DNA of 64,000 nucleotides. Origin: Octopus bimaculoides (Eukaryota). Positions 47,821 through 59,649 of the stretch are shown here, piece by piece. Numbering within the stretch: position 1 is the first letter of the stretch; each line of letters opens with the position of its first letter. The position numbers were made by a program, and so were the translations under genes. The DNA is taken from assembly GCF_001194135.2 (NCBI RefSeq), contig NC_068985.1, positions 521,231 through 585,230 of the forward strand, written 5' to 3'. The notes beneath the pieces were generated by a model. It saw only the letters and a list, made by a program, of their open reading frames with translations. It was not told where the DNA came from and did no database searches.

Positions 47821-50486
47821 TTCTGGGTGGACATTAATTTGTAATAATGTTAAAGTGGAATCACGAAAGTGGAGTAAATCTGAGGGTGTACTATGGAATA
47901 GTGAAGGGACAGTGCCGTTCAGTTCAGTTCTTTAGTGATGGGCAAGTAAGGCTACAGCGTAAATAGACTTATAAACAGCTTTATAAATCTATAAACACCT
48001 TTCAAAAGTGATTTGCAAAAGGTTCTGTAATTTAATTTAAACGCAAAATTATTTTATCACCTAAATACTCTAGGATTGACTTGATCATTTTGTCACGTAA
48101 AGGAAATTTGAAGTTACTACCAAATGTAGTGTTGTCTATTATTTTAGATAGAATTTTATTATTCTTGGTAACCCCGCTCTTATGCTCATTGATCGAAACA
48201 CTATGGATATCAGGAATTTTTTTCTTTAATATTTGCCTTTCTTAAAAAGCGATAGTAAAGACATATTTTCAAAATGTTTCTTTACTTTTCTTGTTTTCAG
48301 TTTTTTTATTATGTTGTTTTATATAGGCACAGGCATGGCTGCGAGGTAAGAAGTTTGCTTCCCAACCATATTGTTTTTTTAACCTGTTTTGTGCAATTCT
48401 AACTTTTTCGGACAATTTACGACACCGCAGATTTTGTGTATAAATTGCTTGTTTAATGTGCAATGAAGTGTGAACTTTAGCTCTTTATCGTCCTCGTCAT
48501 TTTCTTCGATATTTTCCTGTGTACGAGTGTCATTGTTGTTTGGAAGAAATTCCGCTTTCATTTTGTGGTTTTATATTGAGTCTTCCTTTTCTGAGATTCT
48601 TTTCGTTCTTTGTCCAACAGTTTGAAGATTTTTGCAACAATTATCTCTTCACCACTGCACAACGATCGAATGGTACCATCGGTTTGCATGGTAGGAAGCC
48701 AAGTTTATTTATTTCTATGCACAAATAGGTTTCTTTTGCCATCCTCGTGGTTTTGGCAGACGATACATTGGGAATTGGGCCATAAAACAAACTCTGTTGT
48801 TTCACTTGATGTTCATTATTTTCTACTTGATCTTTCCAGTTCTTCAAGGCCATCATCTCTGCGTTGATTTTTACAAGGACAAATGTAACAACTAAACTTT
48901 TTGCCCTGAATCAAAATCACAAACCATTCGTTTAAGATTTGGAGATATTTTTTCTCTCTTAATTTGTTCGTTTTCTTCTTCTGTCTATGCAGTTGTGTGT
49001 TTCATCCTGTTTTATTTATTTACTTCTTGCTTTTGCTGCGTTCTGTTGCTTGGAGGAATCAATGAGGGCGAATAAACAAATTTTAAAAGTTTATGAAATA
49101 AAACTTTTATTGCTGGTACATCTCACTAATTATTGAGGTTAGGCTTTCCTTGGGTAAATAGGATACTTTTTGCGGGTGCATCGAAGAAAATTTCATTTGG
49201 TAATACTTTAATAAATCGTGTCTCGAAGAGAGAGAGAGAGAGAGAGGATAGCTTTGCACTACGAGAGTCAATGATAATTTCTACCCCGGGTACAATGTTA
49301 CATAATTTTCAGGAAAGGGTATTAATCACACAGTTGAACTCAGATCTTAAAGAAATAGTTAGGATCTTTGTGCGGTCCCCTACTAATTCTGTCATCCATC
49401 AATCCACTATACAGTCTTTTTTCAACAGAGACAGAAAATCCGGGGCTGAGAAACTTTGAATCATTCCCCCAATATTTTACTAAACGATTCGTAGGCGATC
49501 GATGCCGGCCAAATTTGAACTTAAATCGTAAATAGAAGTAATTGAAATATCTGATACTAGTAGTTTTTTTCAAGGATACGAAGTGGGACGTATCGTTACA
49601 CTGTAATACAGTTTATCTGGTGCTTTACCGAATCTGCCATGCAACCGCTGCTGTTGGCGTCTTTGGTAGGCGCAAATTAACACGTGTAAATTAGATTGTA
49701 TAAGAATCATACTTTCAACCGAAAGTGCAGTAATGAAGTAAGTTAAAATATTGCTAGAATCGGAGAATCGTGTCACGGATACGGTTTGGTGGGAATTTCT
49801 CTCTACAGAACAGATAAATAAATTTATTAGTAATTTGGTCAGGGTGCAAGCGTGTTTAGATATACGGGTGGAGAGAGATGATTGTCTTTCCTCCTTTCTG
49901 TCTTGTGGTGATCCTCATCCAATACAGTTTTCGCAGACTCATTGCACGTCCACCTACCTATTACACACACACACACACACACACTATGTCACTCTCTCTC
50001 TCCCTCTCTCTCTCCCTCTCTCTTTCTCTTTCTCCCTCTCTCTCTCTCCCTTTCTCTCTCTCGACCTCATGATTCCACTGCAACTGTTACCATTCATTTC
50101 ATATCCACATCTATGCTCTCATCAGAGAACAGATGCTTCAACTTCTATAGACCATCATTATAGCCATCACATCACCCCTATAACCTACATTATATCTACA
50201 TCATTACCACTCTGCCAACTGCAACACTATTTTATACTAATTAGCCCAGCCTTCCAGTCCCTTACACATATCTTCGTCCCCGCTGCCGCCACCACCACCA
50301 CCACCACCACCACCACAATCATTATAACCTCGCAGATTGTTCTGTTGCAACGATGCATAAAACAGCAGAGTGAGACAGTGCGATACACCAGAAACACGAC
50401 ACAAACCCGCAACTGATGCAGTCCTTACTCGAAGCTTGCTTACTACTATCACACTCGAGCAAGTGATTGTAACTGATAAACAAGCT

Positions 50487-50500
50487 GTAACCATGGCAAC
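50487..50500. promoter_or_regulatory. RFX X-box motif
   Basis: GTAACCATGGCAAC closely resembles the RFX palindrome GTTGCCATGGCAAC and lies in non-TE sequence. Confidence 0.35.
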
Positions 50501-51714
50501 AACAACAGCAGCAGCAGCAGCAGCAAAATCCATGCGTCATTTGTCATTCGTCGGTNNNNNNNNNNGCAAAATCCATGCGTCATTTGTCATTCGTCGGTAG
50601 GGGTGACACATTGGAATCATAATACAAGTTATTTCCCCTTGGCTGGAGGACTGATACACCACCGAACGAACCCACAACTCAACTTTGTCGCTGCAGTCCT
50701 CTGCAGCAATTCGCAGCTTCTGCTGATGCTGTCATCGTATTGTCTGCTGAGTGCAACGAATGAGAGAGGTGTGTGCGGGAGATGCCAGGGCTGCTGCTCT
50801 TATTGTAGGCTTGACAATAACGATGCCATTGCTGGTGGAGATTCAGGAGAGGGAGAGAGAGAGAGAGAGGGAGAGAGAGAGAGAGAGAGAGATGACTCTC
50901 TCCAATTCTTAGGGAACTTGTCACCTCTTCTTGTAAAACAAGCGCTGTTACGTGCATTTGGTTGGCTCNNNNNNNNNNNNNNNNNNNNNNNNNNNNNNNN
51001 NNNNNNNNNNNNNNNNNNNNNNNNNNNNNNNNNNNNNNNNNNNNNNNNNNNNNNNNNNNNNNNNNNNNNNNNNNNNNNNNNNNNNNNNNNNNNNNNNNNN
51101 NNNNNNNNNNNNNNNNNNNNNNNNNNNNNNNNNNNNNNNNNNNNNNNNNNNNNNNNNNNNNNNNNNNNNNNNNNNNNNNNNNNNNNNNNNNNNNNNNNNN
51201 NNNNNNNNNNNNNNNNNNNNNNNNNNNNNNNNNNNNNNNNNNNNNNNNNNNNNNNNNNNNNNNNNNNNNNNNNNNNNNNNNNNNNNNNNNNNNNNNNNNN
51301 NNNNNNNNNNNNNNNNNNNNNNNNNNNNNNNNNNNNNNNNNNNNNNNNNNNNNNNNNNNNNNNNNNNNNNNNNNNNNNNNNNNNNNNNNNNNNNNNNNNN
51401 NNNNNNNNNNNNNNNNNNNNNNNNNNNNNNNNNNNNNNNNNNNNNNNNNNNNNNNNNNNNNNNNNNNNNNNNNNNNNNNNNNNNNNNNNNNNNNNNNNNN
51501 NNNNNNNNNNNNNNNNNNNNNNNNNNNNNNNNNNNNNNNNNNNNNNNNNNNNNNNNNNNNNNNNNNNNNNNNNNNNNNNNNNNNNNNNNNNNNACACACA
51601 CACACACACAAATGAATGAACGAAACATAATAGCGAGAGTAAAAAGTATTTGCTATTTTATTAAGTTTCTTCGGAGGCGACAAATAATAATGATGATAAT
51701 AGTCGTTCTTTCTA

Positions 51715-51970
51715 CTCAAAGTACGAGTCCTGAAATTCGGAGGAAAGGGGGTGGGTCGATTACATCGACTCCAGTGTTTCACTGATACATATTTTATCGA
51801 CCTCGAAAAGACGAAGGGCAAAGTCGACCCCGACGGAGTTTGAACTCAGAACGTTGCGACAGGCGAAATCCTGTTAAGCATTTCGCCCGGCATACTAACG
51901 ATTCTATCCTTTCTTAAAAAAGGCACAAGGCCTGGAATTTTAGGGGAGGGATTAAGTCAATTACATTGAT
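51715..51970 (-). mobile_element. SINE family A copy plus a partial second copy
   Basis: GTCGATTACATCGAC...GGCAAAGTCGACCCCGACGGAGTTTGAACTCAGAACG. Confidence 0.8.
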
Positions 51971-52154
51971 CCCAGAAATCAACGAGTACACTTTCAATAC
52001 AGTAAACATAAGAGCACCACAGCAAACCACAGCACATACCCAAGGCGCACAGAGCTGCGCTCGGTAGTGAAGTGAAAGCACGTTATAAAAATAAAACTAC
52101 TGAACAATAATAATAATAATAATAACAATAATGATAATAATAATAACAATAATA

Positions 52155-52450
52155 GAGATATGACAGGTTATCTTGGGAGGTTAAGCAGTCGTGGTCGATG
52201 AAAAAGGTAGCAGTAGTACCAATAATTGTCGGAGCCCTGGGAACAGTGAGCAAAAATCTCGAGAAGTACATGGAACAAATAGGGGCTGCAATAAGGGTGG
52301 AGCACTTGCAGAAGACAGCACTGCTTGGAACTGCTCAAATACTCTGGAAGGTGCTCAAAAAGTAAGAGGTGTTACCTTAGTTCACTGGTACGGAACAGCT
52401 GACACCATAGTACATCTCCAGTGTTAGAAGGTGTGCAAAGACAATAAAAT
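52155..52450 (+). mobile_element. R4/Dong-like LINE 3' end inside (TAA)n
   Basis: RYDRLSWEVKQSWSMKKVAVVPIIVGALGTVSKNLEKYMEQIGAAIRVEHLQKTALLGTAQILWKVLKK*; (TAA)n on both flanks. Confidence 0.85.
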
Positions 52451-52454
52451 AATG

Positions 52455-52485
<31 letters not shown>

Positions 52486-52486
<1 letters not shown>

Positions 52487-55305
52487 CGCTTCTTTATTGA
52501 CCACAAGAGCCGAACACAAAACAAATAGGGACGATACACTACAAGGGAGAAGTGGGGTGTTGAACACTGCCGTGTCTACAAAAAGTAACAAAAGAAATTA
52601 ACAAAATAATAGTAATAATATATCCTCAAAAGGGTAAAGTTCCTCACAGGGACGACTGAGGACCCCAACACATTCTGGTTATCCCGACCGCCAGATGCAC
52701 TTCAGAAGATGCATCTCTCCTTCTCAAACTCCTCCGGTTTACAATCGAAATTTCAGAGTAGGCCCATTCACACGGGCCATCCTCGCCACATTCACCCACC
52801 TTTCAACAAATTTACTGGGTGGGACAGAACTTACCTCTCTACTCTCACTTTCCTTTACAAGTTGAACTTGAAAAAATGGTTGAGGGCCAAAGAGGAAAGT
52901 CTCTGTCATCAGTCCTTTCAATCTCGTCCACCACACTAGCTCCGTTGCCATAGCCACCAGACAAAGGAAACTGCCTTTCCTTCCCGACAAAAGGAAAGCA
53001 GTGGGGCGATCTTCACGATGGACTCGGTTGATAACCGCATCCGCCCTACACGCTTTAGCAGCTGCGCGAGAAAGCTCCACATGTCAGTAATGCCCGGGTA
53101 CTGGTTGGGTGCATGCAGGACGGTTTCATCGCCCTGCGCACACCTCACGCAGGTCCGTCTGACAGCACTTCTGTGTCTGTAGTGCTTGTCTAGAACCGGC
53201 AGAGATCACCGGTAGCACTGTCAGGCCAGGGATTTCTGGAAGTTATCCATAGGCTCCGGCTCGAAATTCCTCCGGAAGAGACCAGTTAATTGACCCCTCT
53301 CGACTCTCAGAGTTTCTTCGAAGACGTCATCGCTCTTACTTTCCACTAATCCCCAATAGAATTCCATAGTGGAACTTTCACCGACCGCGTTGCCCGATTG
53401 ACAAAGAGCTGTGAGCGCTTGCCGACACTCCCGGTGCCCAGCCCCTTTTCTTAGTCTACGCTTGATTCAGAACTGTAGCTCTGTCAGTGAGACGAGCTAC
53501 AGAAAATCCAGTGACAAACAGCAACCACACCTTCTCACTGCTAAGAAAGCACTGGCGATATCGCTGCCTCCGTACATATCTGAGCATCATTAGCCACAGC
53601 ATATCCAGCCATACACCCAGCGGCTGTTGACAGCAGATGCACCGTCTGACGAGCAGAACACGTCCCTTCCAAAGAAAGCGGAAGAGAAAGCGCTCCAGCT
53701 TGATCATCCACGAAGCAGGGCAAGGGACGACGGTCAGGGGGTAGTAGATGGAAGCGATGCACGCATTCGCCACCTCCGCCCGACCTTTCAGGGACAGCTT
53801 CCTCTCTGCTGTCACCGCTCCGTACTTCCTTAAGGTAGTGCCCATCACCGCGATTTCCGAGCTGTCCGAAACTATTACGGTGATGTCGTCTGCATATGCC
53901 GACACGAACCTTCCGCATCCCAGATCATGCGGGATGCGCCTCGGAATGTCCAACTTCCTTAGTAATGGCTCGAGAGCCAGCACGTAGAGGAGGAGAGAGA
54001 GTGGGCATCTTTGACGTACCGAACGAGCGATGCTAAACGATTCCGCTAGATGGCCGTTTACTTTGACCATCTAACAGATATCGCTGTACATTGCAGTGAT
54101 CCAGTCTCCGAAAACGGGACCGAAACCGGTCGCCTCGAGGATAGCCGCCAAATATTGATGGTCGACCCTGTCAAAATCTTTCGGTTGATCCAAATCGATC
54201 AGGGCCCTACCCATGCCATGTCCCTTCTTCTCTATGATGTAGCGCGTGAGGTGGTGGTTGTTGTGGATAGAATTTTGCGGCATGGCGCATGTCTGCGCAT
54301 CACCGATCAGCTTATCGACGACAAGCGCCAACCTTTTGGCTAACACCTTGGCCAAAATCTTATAATCTGAGTTCAGCAGACTCACAGCATTGGGTATTCT
54401 CCTGTTCTGCTGCCAGTTGTGGTAGACATCCGCCAAGAGATCTCCGAACAAGTCTGGCATAGGAAGATAAAGTTCGAAGGGAAGACGATCCAGCCTCAGA
54501 GACTTCTCTCTTGCGTAGTTCGTCATCGCGTCCCATATGTCTTCGGTTGTTATCGGCATTTCGCAGAACTCCGCATCTAAGACGGCGCGCTATGCCGTCC
54601 ATGTAAGTGCCGTCAACGTCGATGCGCATAGTGTGCTGGAACAGTTTGGCGAAGTGCCGCTGAAACTCAGTACACATCTGCTTGTATTCGTGTAGTATAC
54701 GCCTGTCCCGTCCCGTCAAAGACCGAATCGTGGCTTTGTTTTCCACGTTGCACCCCTTCTACCAGGGCCCATGGAACGGTTTTCGTCACGTCATGTCTCA
54801 GAGCCCGTGCCCTAGCTCTGACATCGCAACTTTCATACTTGGCATTGAAGAATTCATCAAAAGCCAATCTCGCCGCCCGTCAGTCGCAATGCCACTCCTA
54901 AGCGCCTAATATAACTTCCTAACTAGCTCTCCTTCTATCCTAGATTCCTCTAAGGCTATTTCCTTACTAAATCCTACTGCCTCTACTCTAATAGCCCTTT
55001 TCAGTGCTATCCACCAACGGTTCTCGACGATTGCGCCCGCCAACTTCTGATGGACTAGCTTGCTAACCCGGTTTCTGAATGCTTGATGCGCTGGGAAAGA
55101 CGCGTTCAGCTTACAGTACCCGGGGCCCTGCCTGTGGATCTTATCTAGGTCGACTTTGCAGATCACAAATTTATGGTCTGTATAGCCGACGACTTTGAAC
55201 TGTGTCAACCTATGCTACTTCTGTCTACTGGCCTACGGAATATCCTATCTAAATACGACCTGGAAGACCCGGTGCTGTTTGCCCATGTCCACGTTGGCAA
55301 ACAGC
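52486..55305 (-). mobile_element. Tx1/L1-clade LINE (copy C): endonuclease C-terminus, RT, zf-RVT and 3' UTR; decayed
   Basis: EN: TWTWANSTGSSRSYLDRIF...YTDHKFV...GPGYCKLN. RT: SLLNSDYKILAKVLAKRL, IDLDQPKDFDRVDH, SVRQRCPLSLLLYVLALEPLLRKL, VSAYADDITV, ERKLSLKGRAEVAN. 3' end is AATAAA followed by (ATT)n. Confidence 0.93.
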
Positions 55306-57835
55306 ATTTCTTTATTTGCCACGAGGGCGAAAGATCAGGGGGACAATACAGAGACAGACTTAAAGTGTGGGGGTTTACATTTAATAATGAAATGATAAAT
55401 AAAAAGAATTTAAATATTAAAGAGTAAATTAAAAAGTATACCCTGCATACACTGGGAAAGAGGAGACATGTGCATAGCATACAGAAGTACAAAGAAAGAA
55501 GTGGGCGGGGAGGATGATAGAGATGCGGCCCTCCTGATACAGGAACGCCTCTAGGGATAATCGAAGAATCCCACCGTCCGAGATTTCCCTGAAACTCTGT
55601 GTGCAAGTGTCCTCCAATTACTACGCTCCGACTCACAGGTCTACACTTAGAGAGGTACCATCCACTCTTGTCATTTTCACAACTTCCACCCGCCTTTCAA
55701 TAAACTCACTCGAGGACAGCACTTTCCCTCTCCACCCTCAACTTCCTTTTCGACTGAAACTCGAAGACGTCAATGACAGTTCTACCAAAGACGAATGTAT
55801 CTGTCTTCATGCCTTTCAGCTTTGTTCACCAAACAACTTCTTTCGCCACAGCCACCAGGCAAAGGAAAACTGCCTTGCCTGCCCGATTGAAGGCGGGCGG
55901 CGGTGTGATCAACAATTTAGACTCGTCCGACAAACGGATCCGTCCCACGCGTGACAACAGCTGTTCGACATAACCCCACAAGTCAGCAATGCCCGGACAC
56001 TGGACGAGGGCGTGCAAAACGGTTTCGTCACTCTGCGCGCACCTGGGACAAGTCCGTCTGACAGCGCATCCGTGCCTGTGGAGCTTGTCTCGAACCGGTA
56101 GCACTGCCAATCCAAGGACATCTGGAAATTACCCATGATAATTCCCGACCGGAAAGTCCTCTGGAACAGACTACGCAGTTACCCCGAGAACGTCGTCGCA
56201 CTTCCCCACCACTAATCCTCTATAAATTTCTAAAGCGTCTGGTAGAGGGTTGTGGGCGCCTGACGACATTCTAGGTACCAGGAGCCCAATCTCGGTCTTT
56301 TCTTCGGCCAGGACAGCAGCTCCGTCAAGGAGACGAGCTGCGGAAACACGAGCCTCACAAACGGAGCCCACACACGCTCACCGTCCAGAAATCGTTGCAG
56401 GTGGCCTAATCTAAGCTTGTGTCTGCGTATTAGGAGCCACGGCACACCTAATCTGCCACTCAAAGGATGTTGGCAAGAGACTGACCGCCTGACCATTGGA
56501 ACGCGTCCCTTCCACAAGAATTCAAATATAAGACGCTCCAACCTGGTCAAGCAGTAACCAGGACAAGGCACGACGGTCAAGAGATAAATGATAACGGAGG
56601 CGATATAAGCATTCACCACCTCTGCCCGACCTTTCAGGGACAGTTTTCTTTCAGCCCATTTCTGGGTAAGACTATCCACCCTATTCGCCATCTCGTTCTA
56701 GTCCTTATCGATCTGGAGGTCAGGACCAAACTAGACCCCGAGCATTTTAACTGGTCCGTCGCTCCAGCGTCCGACGACGCCATCCGATAGTATCGTGCTG
56801 CCTCTCCAGGAGCCCAACTGCAAACCAACCGATTTGTCGGTGTTGATTTTAGCCCTGAAACTGATTCATTTTCCTTTAGGATGGTGCTGACCGTCTCCAT
56901 TACGGAGGCGTCCGACATCATGACGATGACATCGTCTGCATATGCTGACACTGCCCTTCCTTCACCCAGTTCTAAAGGGATGCCCCTTAGCTGTTCCAAC
57001 TTCTGCAACAGTGGCTCGAGTGCCAATACGTATAGAAGAGGTGACAGTGGGCAGCCCTGACAGACCGAGTGTACAATGCCAAACGGCTCCGATAGGTGGT
57101 CGTTTGCTTTGACCGCTGAACCGATGCCGCTGTGCATTGCAGCGATCCAGCCTCTGAATACGGGTCCGAAACCGTCAGCTTTCAGGACGGTTTCCAAGTA
57201 GTGATGGTCGACCCTATCGAATGCTTAAATAGATCAGAGCACCCCGAAGCCAGCTGTAGTCCCAGCCCTCTCTACGATGTATCGCTACCAACTACAAGCG
57301 CCAACCTTTTCGCTAACACCTTGGCCAAAATCTTGAACTGTGTTTAGCAGAGTTATGGGCTGAAAATTCTCTAGTACGTCCTCATTGTCGGCGTTTTTCC
57401 TCAGCAGTGTCAGCACACCTCTGCGAACAACAGACTTTCTCCTGTTCTGCTGCTAGTTACAGTAGACGTCTACTAAAAGATCGCCAAACAACATAGAATT
57501 CGTAGGGCAGACCATCCAAACCGGGCGATCTGCGACTTGTGCAATCGCTCATCGCCTCCCGAATTTCAGCGGCTGTTATCGGCCTTTCACATAACCTCAC
57601 GTCAACTTCCGAGAGCCGCGGCAAGCCGCCCAGGTTCGACCTAAAGTCCAGTACCATCGTTGACTCGTCGCCCTCTCCAAACAGCCGCGCGAAGTGCTGC
57701 TGAAAAGCCGTGCACATCTGCTCGGAGTCGCGTAGCATACGCCTATCCCGATCCGTCAAAGACCTAATCGTGGTTTTGTTTCCACGTCGCGTCTCCACCG
57801 TCCGAGCCCATCGGACAGCTTTAGTTCCTTCCCGT
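55306..57835 (-). mobile_element. Tx1/L1-clade LINE (copy D): post-EN linker, RT, zf-RVT and 3' UTR; no tail
   Basis: SPGLDGLPYEFY, QGCPLSPLLYVLALEPLLQKL, VSAYADDVIV, WAERKLSLKGRAEVVNAYIAS, LPVRDKL...CPRC; AATAAA near 55311 directly abuts the copy C endonuclease. Confidence 0.93.
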
Positions 57836-58850
57836 TCTGTGATTCTTTGTCTTCTGTTGCGGGTAGAAAGCTCTCAAGTGGTCAGTCTCCCCATACAAAT
57901 GGTACTTTCTATCTTCAACCGTAACGTGCCACTCTTCCTCTCCCGGAAGGCGAATGAGATCTGGGATCTTGTGGATTTTGTCTGTTTTAATGTGAAATAA
58001 CCTCTCCACGCTGATCCCAGACCAAATTTCACGACGGGTCCGCTTCACTTCCAGGAAGCTGTTACTCCCTTCCGAAATGATATACGCTAAAATCCACCAT
58101 AAATTTACTTCCAGTGGAATTCCTGAGATCTTTATCCTCACCGTCCTTCTTCCTAAATACGATGGATGGAGTACATAGTTTTCGCTTCGACAGAGAACTG
58201 CGGATTGTTTGGCGGCCAGAGCTTCCATCTTGAAGGGCACTGAAATGTCGGGCATTATCTCCTTCAGTGCATCTTCCATTGCCACCGGACTTGCCGCCTT
58301 CGACCGCTTTATATTTATAGACACACAATTATAAAATTACAGTTTTTTCTTCTTGTTATGTTTCTGCCGACACCTTCCTTTGTCAACTGTTGCTGCGAAT
58401 GTAATGCCATTTATGTTGTCGTTGTTATTCACATTGGAAAAATTGTTGTCGTCGAAGTTGTCGGGGCTGATGTTGTTTTTTTTCTTTCTCTCTATCATAT
58501 TTCTTATTGTTGCCGCGATGGTGGAGTTGGTAGTTGCCGAGTTCGAATTCTTATTGTTATCTCTTTTAGGTGATATCTTCGGTATTGTTTCATTTATTAC
58601 GGGGAATTCAGTTTTCTAATAAGAATTAAAATCCTGTGCTGTTTTGTCGTTCTTGTCGTTGTTGCAGCTGTTTGTTGTCATAGTGGTAGTGTGGTCCTGA
58701 ACTTGTTGAATGCTCTCTTCCCCTTCAATTTGAAGGTAGAAGGCGGAGGACTCTGAGGCTTGCAACTCACTATCAAAGCTCCCTCTTACTTCCTCTTCCA
58801 TGTCTTTTAGCAAGACTGGTATCGCCAAGTCTATTTACGAAAATTATTTC
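57821..58850 (-). mobile_element. Tx1-like ORF1 (gag-like) remnant
   Basis: GRRTVRIKISGIPLEVN...HVTVEDRKYHLYGETDHLRAFYPQ (RRM-like region and decayed CCHC knuckle) with an Asn/acidic low-complexity N-terminus; directly upstream of Tx1 ORF2 sequence on the same strand. Confidence 0.6.
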
Positions 58851-59064
58851 TTCCAAAACAAAATGAATATTTTCTTTTCGAAATTGTGACCTCAAAGGGA
58901 TAAAAACAAACAAACAGACGAAACCTATGCAATGTTGGTGGTTCTAAGAAGAATTTTGTAACGAATTAACAATTAACAACTTTTGGTGACAAAAATTAAA
59001 GCAGAAATCTTATGAACAACTAAGGTATGCCTTCCGCTAGTGCGAATAATAATGGTTTCAAATT

Positions 59065-59268
59065 TTGCCACAAGGGAGCCATTTTGGGAAAGTGGATAAG
59101 TCAATTACATCGACCCCAGTATTTTTCTGGTACTTAATTTATCAACGCTGAAAATAGGAAAGGCAAAGTCAACCTCGGTAGAATTGAACTCAGAACGTAC
59201 CGACGGGCGAAATACCGCTCGGTAGTTCGTCCAGCGTGCTAACGACTCTGCCAGCTCGCCGCCTTAAT
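59065..59268 (-). mobile_element. SINE family A, full length
   Basis: Reverse complement head GGCGGCGAGCTGGCAGAGTCGTTAGCACGCTGGACGAAC. Confidence 0.9.
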
Positions 59269-59649
59269 AGTCCTAAATCGTGATACGATGTATTATGTAT
59301 CTCATTCAATTATATATANNNNNNNNNNNNNNNNNNNNNNNNNNNNNNNNNNNNNNNNNNNNNNNNNNNNNNNNNNNNNNNNNNNNNNNNNNNNNNNNNN
59401 NNNNNNNNNNNNNNNNNNNNNNNNNNNNNNNNNNNNNNNNNNNNNNNNNNNNNNNNNNNNNNNNNNNNNNNNNNNNNNNNNNNNNNNNNNNNNNNNNNNN
59501 NNNNNNNNNNNNNNNNNNNNNNNNNNNNNNNNNNNNNNNATATAATTATGTGTATTTCTTCTATCTTAATGAATAAAAATTCTTCTGATAGAATAAATGG
59601 GTTAATAGAAACCAATGTAGCAAAGAACACAAAATAACTGCGGTTTAGT

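Noticed and set aside
30786-49680. Shared 12-mer GGCGCAAATTAA in two unique islands
   Set aside because: Exact 12-mer matches are expected by chance in 64 kb.
50523-50598. 33-bp exact direct repeat (GCAAAATCC...GTCGGT)
   Set aside because: The two copies flank a 10-N gap, consistent with an unmerged contig overlap (assembly artefact).
15880-59268. tRNA-like A/B-box sequences as tRNA genes
   Set aside because: All are SINE heads fused to repeat bodies; none forms a full cloverleaf.
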